Both the position numbers and the translations under genes were made by a program. This document shows positions 28,731-38,323 of a DNA stretch of 64,000 bases, piece by piece. The notes under the pieces were generated by a model, which was not told the DNA's origin, did not search any database, and worked only from the letters and a program-made list of their open reading frames with translations. Positions within the stretch are counted from its first letter, which is position 1; each line of letters begins with the position of its first letter. Source of the stretch: Alphaproteobacteria bacterium (GTDB lineage: Bacteria; Pseudomonadota; Alphaproteobacteria; UBA828); NCBI GenBank assembly GCA_965214705.1, contig CBDCCI010000002.1, positions 1,632,001 to 1,696,000 on the forward strand. The letters are read 5' to 3'.

Positions 28731-29720
28731 CTAGCCTTCTTCGGTCACCGTATCGGCTCTCGTAAAATTCATGTACTTGCCGACGTGAATCCTTCGTGCG
28801 CGGCGGCGATCAGCGATGCCGAGCGCCGCGCGCGTATCTCTGCGGTCGAGGTGCGGATGGCCGATCAACGCCTGTATGCTTGCAAGACTGATTGGTTCGC
28901 GCCAAATTGGCCAACCAAGAGTGATGAGGCGATCAATATCACGCCCCCCACCAAGGATCGAAAGTTCCGTTTCACCGAATTGTTTCCTTGGGACGACAGT
29001 CAGAACAGAAAGGCCAATAGCAGCCAGCCTGTTGGCCCCATGTTGCGTGGGTTCCTTATCGTCAGTTGGAGCGCTCCAGCGTAGTGCGTGACGAGTGTCT
29101 TCAATTGGATCCCATCTGAAGGCACTCGTCTTGTCCTGTCCATCCGTCCTGTCTGGTCTCTCCCAAATCTTGAACAGTGCTTCATACAAACAATCGTACT
29201 CGGAGATCTCGACCTTTTTCCCAGTGGAATTGCGCTTTGGCGGCGTTCGGCGATTCGCGACCGATTGGAAGGTCTTGAGGAAATTTGTTTGGCCAGTACC
29301 GAGAAGACACAAGGGTGTAGGCCTCGTTTTCCCCTCCTTGTCAATGACAACATCGCTGAGAAGCGCTGCCCATAAATCAGCGCTGTAGCGATCACGAACC
29401 GAATTCGCAGCGGCGTCTTGAAGCCTCTCCTTGGCACGTTCTGAGGGAAGCTTAATATCCTTGAGATCATCGAAATCATGGTATTGCGCAAGCGCGTTAA
29501 GTCCTTCGGAGACCGCCTCGATCACAGCGTCCCGATCCGCTGCATCCGGGACTCGAAGCGCCGGACGAAGCGGCGGCTCATCTACCGTCCAGGACACGCG
29601 CGGGTGCCAAACGGGGCGGGCCTCTTCGACGGTGCGCATCAGACCCAGCAACGCCATGAAGGCGAGCAGGTTGTCGGGCTCCAGCCCGTCGAGACGATGA
29701 ACCACATGGCTGGTTGTCAT
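28731..29720 (-). CDS. Type I-G short large subunit (Cas8g / Cas8u2 / Csb3-like)
   Basis: Lies between cas3 and cas4-cas1; LDGLEPDNLLAFMALLG, FRWDP, GANRLAAIGL. Confidence 0.75.
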   Translation of the reverse strand: MTTSHVVHRLDGLEPDNLLAFMALLGLMRTVEEARPVWHPRVSWTVDEPPLRPALRVPDAADRDAVIEAVSEGLNALAQYHDFDDLKDIKLPSERAKERLQDAAANSVRDRYSADLWAALLSDVVIDKEGKTRPTPLCLLGTGQTNFLKTFQSVANRRTPPKRNSTGKKVEISEYDCLYEALFKIWERPDRTDGQDKTSAFRWDPIEDTRHALRWSAPTDDKEPTQHGANRLAAIGLSVLTVVPRKQFGETELSILGGGRDIDRLITLGWPIWREPISLASIQALIGHPHLDRRDTRAALGIADRRRARRIHVGKYMNFTRADTVTEEG

Positions 29721-32668
29721 GATGCGCCCTCCTCCTCTGACGCTCGGTGGTCAGCGAGGCGCAGGATCGTCTCCAGATGGGCCAGTCCCCAAGCCCCGTG
29801 GCGGCGCTTGAGCCCCTCGAACAGAGACGGCCAATCTGCGCCGCTAAAGTCGAACGCCAACGAATGCGGTCCCGGCTCAGCCGTCGCAAGCCGCCATTCG
29901 TCGACACCGAGGCAGGGAAGAGGCTTCTGTTCGGACGCCGGATCGAGGAAATTGAAGAACGGTCGCCCAAATCCGTGATGGCTGCCGATCAGCCAGAGCA
30001 CGAGCGCGGGATCGTGCGCGTCCGCGAAGCGGGGGTGCGCCCGCGCCATCCGCACCGAGAGCGCCTCGTGTCGCCAGCCCTTGGGCAGCCCGCTGCGCTC
30101 CCCTGCGCTCGGCAACCAAGTCCGCCCGCTCTTGGCGAGCGGCGGTCCATCGGGCCGGTTCCAAGGATCGCCGCCCGATAGCATGGTCTGGAACCGCGGG
30201 TCCGCCTTACCGGCGTCGTGCAGGAAGGCCGCAAGCCGAAGGTCGTCGGCGACATCTTCGAGGCCGAGCGTCTCGGCAAACCGTTCGGCGAAGTCGGCGA
30301 CCCGGCAACCGTGATCGTCGAGGGGCACTGGTTCGGCGGCGGTGTGCGAAACGATGTCGTCTTCGGTCGCGGGCGCACCCAACTCCCACGAGCGCCCGCA
30401 TCGGACTCCGTGCACCGCGACAAGTACGGCGCCACTCCCTCGCCCCCCGCCATAGGGAAAATGAACGTCGATCCGTTTTCTGGCGCGTCGCAGCGCTTCC
30501 AGCGTTTCCCTCACGTCGAAGGTTGGCGGGCCGTCATCGCCCGCTCCCTCGCCGTCCTCCATCGTTCCGGCGGGGGGCACTGCGTCGAGCAGACGTTCCA
30601 CCAGATCGGGGCCAGCGACGCCATCGTCCGCGAGCACCGTCGAGAGCCGGTCCCATTGGGCATCGGTTCGCACGATGTCGGGCGCGATCCGAACCGCGCA
30701 TCGCCGTCCCCACCAAGGTTTCGCAGCAGCATCGGCGACATCCTTGACACGAACGACGGACTCGGGTGCCCAGCCGAACGCGTCGCAACCACCGTACTCG
30801 GCCGGGACGATCACCATGTCGCCCGGTCGCAGCGCCTTCGGTTCCACTACACCAGTACGCGGATCGTCGGCGCCGGCCCAGCGGAAGGCGGATCGCCCCG
30901 CCCGTCGATTCCAGACCGCGCCAGGCTCGTCGGGGGCGCGTTCCGGCGCGTCGGACAGGTGGGCCGGCTCATCCCGCACTTGGCGCAGCCATGACCGGGC
31001 GGTCCAAGGCGGCACCTCGACCGCCTCGGCAGCGCGTGGCGGGAAGAGACGGACCAACTCGTGCAAATCGCTTGACGAGTCACCCTTTAGGTCGTCCTCG
31101 GAGATATCGCCGCGCCAGACGATGGAGATACCGGCGGCCGTCCGCTCCGCGCCATGCAGGAAGAGCGAGACGTCGGGGTCCGCTGCCGGCCGCGGCCATG
31201 TCTGCGACCACAGATCGAGGTAGGCCGGCATGACGACCGGGGCGTCCGGCCGTTGCGCCACGAGACCGTCCTGATCGATGCCAGCCTCCTTGAGCCGCTT
31301 GGGCAGGACCTCGACGCCGAAGTCCACATTGCCGTCTGTGGCGATCCCTTGGAGCGCCTCCCACGTCAGGCGGATGCGGTCGCCATAGACCGGATCGTCG
31401 GCCTTCTTGGCGATATCCTCGGAACGGCCCAGGATCGCGCCCTCGGCAGGAACCGGCCGTCCGGCACGGTTCAGCCGACCAAAGCGCTGGCGCAGCGAGT
31501 CGAGGGATGCGGCCTGGGTCACCAGCCCGTCCAGGTCGAGATCGACTCCGACTTCCAGACACTGGGTGGCGACGACGAACAATGGGCTGGCTTCTGAGCG
31601 GATCTTGGCGTCCGTTTTGAAGGGGGTAAGATTCTCCATGATCCCGGATCGGTCCATGTCACGGCAGCGCCCAATCAGCAAGATTGCATCGTCGACGCCA
31701 TCGTTCGGTTCATCGCCATCTTCGCGCTTTGAATCGAGCTCCTCATAGATCATTCGCGCCAGAGCGACGCGGTTGACGACGACACCGACGGCGGGCGGCG
31801 AAACCCCTCGCTCCTTCAGCCGCCCCATCATCGCCCGGGCGGTCTCGGCGAAGGTCCGGGCGACGACCGCGTCCTTGCCGCGCTCGACCGTCAATGCTGC
31901 GGGCTTGGGTGCCTGGAGCCGCTTCGTCAGTACGGGATGAGCGCGATCCGCCAGCGATAGCGGCGGGAATGGCCGACTCGCCGTTGCTCCCGGCGTGGCG
32001 GACAGGAGGGCCAACTTGACCTTGGCGCCGCCCACGCACCGAACGGCGGCAAGCGTCTGTCGGAACGGTTCGGACAAATGCGCTTCGTCTAGAAGGATGA
32101 GGCTGTTCATGCCGAGCAGGCCGGCGTGGACAGGCTTCATACGGTCCGATACGCCATAGCCACGGAACAGCAGCCGCGAGCCGACCTGATCGACGGTGGA
32201 GCAGAGGATCGTCGGTTGCGTCGGCGTGCGCGCCCAATCGTGCTCCAGCGGTGCGCCGCCGCGAAGCTGCTGGGCGATCAGCGGCTTCGCGTCTTTGCCC
32301 GCAAGTCGGCGCAGCCGGCAGGCGACCTCCTTGAGGACGTCATCGACATCGGCATCGGAACGTAGGGCGCCGCGCAGCGAATCGACGATCCTTTCTGCGT
32401 GCGCGAACGCATCGTCCACCACTAGGCGCCGATCCACGACGAGCGCAATCCGCAAGGCAGCTTTTCCCGGCTCATCGGCGCGCAACGCCAGATGGAACAC
32501 GGCCGCATCCAAGGCCGCGGTCTTCCCCGCACCCGTTGGCAAGTCCAGCACGTCGGGCCATTCGTCACGTTCGGCGAGCTGTTCGACCAGGGCTTGTTGC
32601 CAAGGGAACGGGTCGTGGTCGTGGATCGCCCGAAAGAACCCGGAGAAGTCGGAAGGACCGAGTTCCAT
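29717..32668 (-). CDS. cas3: Type I-G Cas3, helicase with C-terminal HD nuclease
   Basis: PFPWQ, LPTGAGKT, LDEAHL, QRFGRLNR; C-terminal LHDAGKAD and RHE. Confidence 0.95.
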   Translation of the reverse strand: MELGPSDFSGFFRAIHDHDPFPWQQALVEQLAERDEWPDVLDLPTGAGKTAALDAAVFHLALRADEPGKAALRIALVVDRRLVVDDAFAHAERIVDSLRGALRSDADVDDVLKEVACRLRRLAGKDAKPLIAQQLRGGAPLEHDWARTPTQPTILCSTVDQVGSRLLFRGYGVSDRMKPVHAGLLGMNSLILLDEAHLSEPFRQTLAAVRCVGGAKVKLALLSATPGATASRPFPPLSLADRAHPVLTKRLQAPKPAALTVERGKDAVVARTFAETARAMMGRLKERGVSPPAVGVVVNRVALARMIYEELDSKREDGDEPNDGVDDAILLIGRCRDMDRSGIMENLTPFKTDAKIRSEASPLFVVATQCLEVGVDLDLDGLVTQAASLDSLRQRFGRLNRAGRPVPAEGAILGRSEDIAKKADDPVYGDRIRLTWEALQGIATDGNVDFGVEVLPKRLKEAGIDQDGLVAQRPDAPVVMPAYLDLWSQTWPRPAADPDVSLFLHGAERTAAGISIVWRGDISEDDLKGDSSSDLHELVRLFPPRAAEAVEVPPWTARSWLRQVRDEPAHLSDAPERAPDEPGAVWNRRAGRSAFRWAGADDPRTGVVEPKALRPGDMVIVPAEYGGCDAFGWAPESVVRVKDVADAAAKPWWGRRCAVRIAPDIVRTDAQWDRLSTVLADDGVAGPDLVERLLDAVPPAGTMEDGEGAGDDGPPTFDVRETLEALRRARKRIDVHFPYGGGRGSGAVLVAVHGVRCGRSWELGAPATEDDIVSHTAAEPVPLDDHGCRVADFAERFAETLGLEDVADDLRLAAFLHDAGKADPRFQTMLSGGDPWNRPDGPPLAKSGRTWLPSAGERSGLPKGWRHEALSVRMARAHPRFADAHDPALVLWLIGSHHGFGRPFFNFLDPASEQKPLPCLGVDEWRLATAEPGPHSLAFDFSGADWPSLFEGLKRRHGAWGLAHLETILRLADHRASEEEGAS

Positions 32669-32670
32669 GC

Positions 32671-34119
32671 TCAGGCCTCCTGACGGCGGCACAGCCCGAA
32701 CCCGGTAAACCGTCCGGCTCCGAGGAGAACTGGACCGGCAATCTCCTGCTCGAAATCGATGACGGCGTGGACCAGTTGCCGGCTCGCCAGCGCGTCCGGT
32801 ACTTTCCAACGCATCCATGACGGCTCGCCCGCTAGGGGCCGGGCCGGCGGCACACCTTCGAGCGCCGAATACTTGCCGACTTGGACTCGATCTGGATGTG
32901 GGCGCGGCAGGCCGGCGTTCTGGCAGGCCCTGGCGACGAGCTCCCGCTTCTCGGCCTCGTCCTTTCGCTTCAGGTGACGTTCAAGAACGATCGGCGTCAC
33001 GCTGGCCCATAGGTGAGACGGTTTGAGATAGAAGTCGGGTCGGAGAGAGCGTTTCCGCGCGCTGTCGTCCGGTGCAGGTGCAAGATGCAACGGCTGATGC
33101 AGCGGAGGTCCCTCCAGCTTCAGGATGCGGCGTTCCTCGCTGCGACGATAGCGCGCCACCCTCTCGAAGGCCGCACGGAACCCCTCGACTTGGTCGAGCG
33201 CCAACCCGCGCGGTGGGATCAGCGCGAAGCCGAGGATGTGGCCGTCGGCATGCGGGAAGCCCGCGAAGGCCATCGGCGCGATCGTGAGATGTGGGAGTCG
33301 AGTCGGGGCGCCGTCCAGAGCATGGCCGGAAACGATCTCCGGTATGGCATCTTCCAAGCCCGCCTCGCGGTAACCGCTCATCAGAGTATGCCGCAAAAGG
33401 CGGCACACGAGTGCCGCCGCGCGGATATCCGGGACTTCGCCATCGACCGCTTCCAGCACGAGCCAATCGTCTCGCGGCACAGGCTCCGGCAGCGGTTCGG
33501 CGAATACCGGCGCGCCGGGCCGGATCATCGGGCGAACGGGGTTGGCGCGATGAGCCTCCTCCAGTTCGCGCAGGCGTCCGGGGTAGAGGCGCCTGCGTGC
33601 GCGCATCGGGGCGTGTTCGCGCGTCGAGACATCGCCGCGCAGGAACCGGCAGCGCGCTAGGCTGGTGGAGTGACCGAGATACCCGACGCACCCCGCGAGC
33701 GCGTTCAATGCGTCGAGCGCCGCTGGCTCCGGCTCCGTCGGCCAGACCAGTTCCATCTGCGGACGATCGGGGCGGGCGGTGGGGAAGCGTCGCGGCTGGC
33801 GCCGACGCCTGTCGGGCATCACCTTCATATAAGCCTTCGCCGTTTTCGATGCCCTGGAATCGTTCGGCGGGACAAACACATCGGGCGATGTTCGAGAAGT
33901 GTGACCGCTCGCGTAAATGGCCGGCGGCGGTTGGACCTCCAGCCACTCGAGCGCCGCCTGCTCCTCGGGCCGTTCGCCCCTCGCCGCCCAGGCGGACACG
34001 AGTGCCGAAAACACCCGATCCGGCTGCGGCGGCCAATCGGGCGCGTCGTCGCCGGGCTCGCGCGCCGCGCGGCAAACCTCCGTCAGGAACTCGATTTCAA
34101 GAACCAGACCCATTGTCAT
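32671..34119 (-). CDS. csb2: Type I-G Csb2 (Cas5-Cas6 fusion)
   Basis: DWPPQPDRVFSALV, YLGHSTS, WASVTP, GPVLLGAGRFTGFGLC. Confidence 0.92.
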   Translation of the reverse strand: MTMGLVLEIEFLTEVCRAAREPGDDAPDWPPQPDRVFSALVSAWAARGERPEEQAALEWLEVQPPPAIYASGHTSRTSPDVFVPPNDSRASKTAKAYMKVMPDRRRRQPRRFPTARPDRPQMELVWPTEPEPAALDALNALAGCVGYLGHSTSLARCRFLRGDVSTREHAPMRARRRLYPGRLRELEEAHRANPVRPMIRPGAPVFAEPLPEPVPRDDWLVLEAVDGEVPDIRAAALVCRLLRHTLMSGYREAGLEDAIPEIVSGHALDGAPTRLPHLTIAPMAFAGFPHADGHILGFALIPPRGLALDQVEGFRAAFERVARYRRSEERRILKLEGPPLHQPLHLAPAPDDSARKRSLRPDFYLKPSHLWASVTPIVLERHLKRKDEAEKRELVARACQNAGLPRPHPDRVQVGKYSALEGVPPARPLAGEPSWMRWKVPDALASRQLVHAVIDFEQEIAGPVLLGAGRFTGFGLCRRQEA

Positions 34120-35356
34120 CCCCGCCGTCGTCGCCCTTGCTTTCCAGCGCCAGTTGGCGGCTACGGCGGACGATCTCGATCAGCTTGTCCTGCGGCTTGA
34201 GGGTGAGTGACCGGAACTCGAAGCCCGCCGCCTCCGCCTGTGCGTAGGTTTGCCGATAGAGCGCCCGTGCCGCAACGCGGTCGAGTTCCACGGCGTCCGT
34301 GGTGCCGTCCGCATGCACCAGCTCCAGCGGCGCGGCACCCTCGCAGACCAAATCGCAGCGCGAGCGCAGGGCGTAGCCGCGCGCGTCCTGTTCCGCAAGC
34401 GCCAGAAGACCGAGCGACGCGATAAGGGCACGCCCGGCGGCATCCCGCTCGCCGCCGCCGAAGCGCAATCGCCGCAGCCCCGCCAGCGTGATCGTTGATC
34501 GGTGTTCCGCATGGTCGCAGGTGACCCCGAGAGGCTCTATCGTGGGAGCGATGTTGCTGTGATTGATCTCGGATGGCCGGACTTTCTTGGCACCCCTCCC
34601 TGCCTCATTCTGTTGGGTGCTCCATTCGGATACTGAAGCGCCCTTGAAGACCTCAACCTTTCCGAGGATGCCCAACGGGTCGATACGGCTTCCTGTGCGC
34701 CGTCCCGCCGTACGAGTCTCCACTTCACCGGTGCGTCGGTCGGCCGGGCCGTCTTCGACCGGCGTGTCGACCCCCATGATTTCGGAGACGACCGCGCGCG
34801 GGAACTTCGCGCCGAGGCCGCCGCCCTGGCCTTGGCTGTGCCAAGCGCCGAACAACAGGGCCGTGGGAGACAGCTCCAGCAACGCCGTCGCATCGGCAGG
34901 CTTCGCCGCCGCTAGGCGCTGGCCCTCGTCGCTTCGCATGAAGGGCGTGCCACTTAGGAGGCTGTCCCGCAGGATGGCGTCGTAGACCCGGTGCGGCGCA
35001 TCCAGCGAGGTGATGCGCTCCAACGGCTCCAGCCCCGCGCCGCGAAAATCCACCGTAACGTAAGGCAGTGGCAGCCGCTCATCCCTGGCTTCTTCTTCCT
35101 CAGCCGCCGCCAGCAGCGCCTCTTCCAGCCGGTTGGCTTGGCTCTGCACGCTGTCGATCAAGACGCACCAGATTTCCTTGCCGTCCACTCGGCGCAACTC
35201 GAACACGTGACGCGGTGGATCGTTGCGGCCCTGACCGCGATAGGTTGGCGGAAATATCTTGTCGCCCTGCCCGCCAACCGGCTGAAGCCGCCGAACGCGG
35301 CGGAACGCCGCATCACTCCCAACCGCGTCCATCAAGGCGCGCAACTCGATTGTCAT
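34097..35356 (-). CDS. csb1: Type I-G Csb1 (Cas7)
   Basis: KIFPPTY, DSVQSQANRLE, APHRVYDA, LRSRCDL. Confidence 0.93.
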   Translation of the reverse strand: MTIELRALMDAVGSDAAFRRVRRLQPVGGQGDKIFPPTYRGQGRNDPPRHVFELRRVDGKEIWCVLIDSVQSQANRLEEALLAAAEEEEARDERLPLPYVTVDFRGAGLEPLERITSLDAPHRVYDAILRDSLLSGTPFMRSDEGQRLAAAKPADATALLELSPTALLFGAWHSQGQGGGLGAKFPRAVVSEIMGVDTPVEDGPADRRTGEVETRTAGRRTGSRIDPLGILGKVEVFKGASVSEWSTQQNEAGRGAKKVRPSEINHSNIAPTIEPLGVTCDHAEHRSTITLAGLRRLRFGGGERDAAGRALIASLGLLALAEQDARGYALRSRCDLVCEGAAPLELVHADGTTDAVELDRVAARALYRQTYAQAEAAGFEFRSLTLKPQDKLIEIVRRSRQLALESKGDDGGDDNGSGS

Positions 35357-35564
35357 GTCCCGTTCCTCTGATCGGTGGTGTAGTCACGTTCTTTCGTCAT
35401 GCTCGATGAGTCTTGGCGTAGCTGTAGCGCCGAGCGTCATCGCTTAGCCGGTGCTGCGGATAAGACGGATTCGCACCATCGAAGCCCCCATCGAAACGCG
35501 CAATGCTTCGGCCCCGAGCGCAGTGTACATGGTATACGTGGTGCGTTGGCGAGTCATAAGGATA

Positions 35565-35913
35565 CCTGCTTATCCATGAGAGTCATCCAGGCTCCTCGAC
35601 AGCGAAGGCTTCACGGAATGCGACAACGCGGGAACCTCGCATGCGAAAGGCGACATTCGCCGCCATCACTATGACCTCCCAATTCGGAACACAAAGAAGG
35701 CACTGGCATTCGATGGAGGACTTTCATGGATAAGGCTTATCCCTCTGGCTCCGGTTCCCCAACATGTTGTACCGGCCACCTCGGCGGCGGTATCCGACAC
35801 GGTCGCAGTTCCTTCCGTGTCTCAATGGGTTGCCCGTAAAGTGCCCAGCGATCCGGCACCCCACATATGGAGAAGCCGGATGTAAGGGGATAAGCCTTTC
35901 ATGGATAAGCAGG
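35565..35913. mobile_element. MITE-B (174 bp net, IS1595/ISSod11-like ends)
   Basis: TIR CCTGCTTATCCATGA/TCATGGATAAGCAGG once MITE-A is removed; 8-bp duplication TAAGGATA at 35557-35564 and 35914-35921. Confidence 0.85.
35732..35898. mobile_element. MITE-A second copy, inside the right TIR of MITE-B
   Basis: Same sequence as 25184-25350; duplication TCATGGAT. Confidence 0.92.
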
Positions 35914-36165
35914 TAAGGATATGCCTGCGCAACCAGATACTGCCCCATTTCGCCGGCCGCCAGATCCACGACATCGAGAGCGGTGACGTGCGGAATCGCG
36001 ATGCCGGGGCAGGGGTTGGAGCCGCGCTCGCGCAGGCCCCACCTCGGTGTGGAACATCATCGCGCGCAGTATCTCGAAGGTGCGATTGACTGCGCCGGAT
36101 GTTGTCGGCGGGATTCTCGCCCGCGCGGATGCGTGCGAGCATGGCGCCGGCGCGGCGACCTGCGC

Positions 36166-36503
36166 CTACATCGACATTCCCCGGTCCTTGCTCATTCGCA
36201 GGGCGGCCTGCTTTTCCTGTTCCCGGGCGATCCTGTTGCGGATCTCCTCTTCCCGCTCTTGGACCGCGTCCGGGCCTGCGCCGGCGGCGCCCAGATGAGC
36301 GGCGAGCTCGTGTTGCGGCACGTCCTTCCTGAGCGCGGCCGCTTCGTCGAGAACCTCCTTCTCCTTCTGCCGGCAGTCTTGCCGGGCCTGTCGACGCTCC
36401 TCGAACGAGTTGGTCGTGACGTCCATCTGCGTCAGAGCGTTCCGCGCGCGCTCGAGCTCCGCAGCCCGCACGAGGAATGCTTCCACCCGATTCCGGTTGA
36501 ACG
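36166..36503 (-). pseudogene. Detached C-terminus of the MobF relaxase
   Basis: Joins in frame to 43339-47802 after IS66 removal (WTFN|RNRVEAF); ends in the relaxase-like DRGMSM. Confidence 0.85.
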
Positions 36504-36528
36504 GTAAGCGGTATCGAGGCCCCATACT

Positions 36529-38228
36529 CTCTTGAGTAACTTCTCTCTAAGCCGTTGACATAGAGGCATTTGTGTTTTTGTTGTCGTCGTCGATCTCGAC
36601 CAGTTGGAAGCCGAGCTTCTTGGCCTGTCGACGGAGCGAAGAGAACTTTCGGTCCAGGCGTCGGCTCTCGTAGACCTCCATCCCCTTCTCGGCATATTGC
36701 TGGCCGCGGGTCACCATCAGGTAGATCAGGCAGGCGAGTTCTCGGGCGGTGGCGACAACGGCTACGCTGGTGTCCATCCGGGCGAGGCGGCTGCGGTGCT
36801 TGGCGCCGATGAAGGTTTGGCTGGTGCGAGCGGTCATGGCCGCCATGCGCAGTGCCTGGCCAACGCGGTTGACCACCTTGGGCCCCCGGCCCGGCAACGG
36901 TTTGCCGCCGCTGATCCTGGTCCCAGGCGCCAGCCCCAGCCAGGAACTGAAGTGCTGTGCGGAGGGAAAGGCGGAGAAGTCAGGACCGATCTCGGCGGCG
37001 ATCACCAGGGCAGTGTTGACGCCGACGGTGGGGATTGCGGTGAGATCGACCCCCATCATCTTATGCAGCGCCATAGCCATGGCCTTATCCTGCCCGCGGA
37101 GCGCCCTGCCGCTGCTGCTTGGGGTCTCGTTCGACGCCGTGCCCGATGATCCGACACTGGGAGTGTCCTCGGGCGTACCCTCATCCGTCGGATCGTCCGG
37201 CGGGGTCAGGTGCTCAACCTCCGCCATGATCCGCGCCTCGCAGTCCGCGATCTGCTGCTCCAGAAAGTCGTAGCGCTGCATCGCCTGCTCAAGCGCGAAC
37301 AGGTGCTCCTCGCGCCAAGTGCCCTCCAGGCTCGCGGCAATCGTGTCGGCGCTGGCCTTGATCCGCCTGTCGCGAAGCGACGCCAGCCGCCCGGGGTCGC
37401 GCTCGCCGGCGATGATCGCCCGCAGGATGCGCTCACCCGTCTTCCCCATGATATCGCTGATCACCGAGTCCAGACGCACGTTCATCTGGGTCAGCGCCTT
37501 CTGCATATGCAGCACGCAGCGAGAGCGGTCCTCGATCAACTGCTTCGCCTGGCGCATGAAGGAGCGCAACGGGCAGATCGCGTCGCCCGGCCGGAAGGCG
37601 CCGCGCAGAAGGCCGTAGGACATCAGCTGCCAGATCCACTGGCAGTCCAGCACATCGCTCTTGCGCCCGCCGATCTGCTTCGTCATCCGGGGCGGCACAA
37701 GCATCACCTCGAAGCCGGCTCGATCCAGGACCTCGTAAACCGGGATCCAGTAGACCGAGGTCGACTCCATCGCCACCTTCGTCACACCGCACGACTTCAG
37801 CCACTCGGCCATCGCATCCAGGTCGCGCGTGAACGCGCCGAACTCCCTCACCGGTTCCTCGGCTCGCTCCGGATCCACCGCCACGAAGTGCCGGTCCTTG
37901 CCGATGTCGATCCCGGCGCAATTCGGGTGCACTACCTTGAGGCGCTGCCTCCTTCTCCGCTTGCGCGCCATCGAGAGCCCTCCCAAACTCCGTTGACGTT
38001 GCGGGTGGGGAGGAACCGCGGCGAAGTCTCAATCTCTTGAACGAGGTCACGGGCGAACCCGCGCCATCAGTGACAGAAGCCGATCACGGTTCGGGCCAAG
38101 CTTCCAAACGGGTGCCCTCGCACGCCACTGAAGGGACGGCCTCGTCTGCCCTACCCGCTACCACTTCACGCTTCAACCGTCGAAGACTCAACCCCAGTCG
38201 AAGACTCTACCCCCAGTTACTTCAGCGA
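36529..38228 (-). mobile_element. IS110-family element with long upstream non-coding end
   Basis: CT dinucleotide at both inferred junctions; short subterminal inverted repeat AGTAACT/AGTTACT. Boundaries are inferred. Confidence 0.6.
36547..37971 (-). CDS. IS110-family DEDD recombinase
   Basis: AGIDIGK, MESTSVYW, KSDVLDC; SWLGLAPGTRISGGK (catalytic Ser). Confidence 0.95.
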   Translation of the reverse strand: MARKRRRRQRLKVVHPNCAGIDIGKDRHFVAVDPERAEEPVREFGAFTRDLDAMAEWLKSCGVTKVAMESTSVYWIPVYEVLDRAGFEVMLVPPRMTKQIGGRKSDVLDCQWIWQLMSYGLLRGAFRPGDAICPLRSFMRQAKQLIEDRSRCVLHMQKALTQMNVRLDSVISDIMGKTGERILRAIIAGERDPGRLASLRDRRIKASADTIAASLEGTWREEHLFALEQAMQRYDFLEQQIADCEARIMAEVEHLTPPDDPTDEGTPEDTPSVGSSGTASNETPSSSGRALRGQDKAMAMALHKMMGVDLTAIPTVGVNTALVIAAEIGPDFSAFPSAQHFSSWLGLAPGTRISGGKPLPGRGPKVVNRVGQALRMAAMTARTSQTFIGAKHRSRLARMDTSVAVVATARELACLIYLMVTRGQQYAEKGMEVYESRRLDRKFSSLRRQAKKLGFQLVEIDDDNKNTNASMSTA

Positions 38229-38323
38229 CTGAGCCGCTGCGCCGCAGTGGTGGTGGCTTCCAACGAATCTGATTTCGCGGCTGACTCTGGGCCTTGGCAA
38301 GGAGCCTGGGAGGAGGCATCGCG

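Larger units (their letters stand above)
35545..36000 (+). pseudogene. Remnant of an integrase-1 homolog interrupted by nested MITEs
   Basis: After removing the MITEs it reads RVIRICLRNQILPHFAGRQIHDIESGDVR, versus KVSRNYYRNHILPRFKGRPITGIDSRDVR in integrase 1. Confidence 0.7.
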
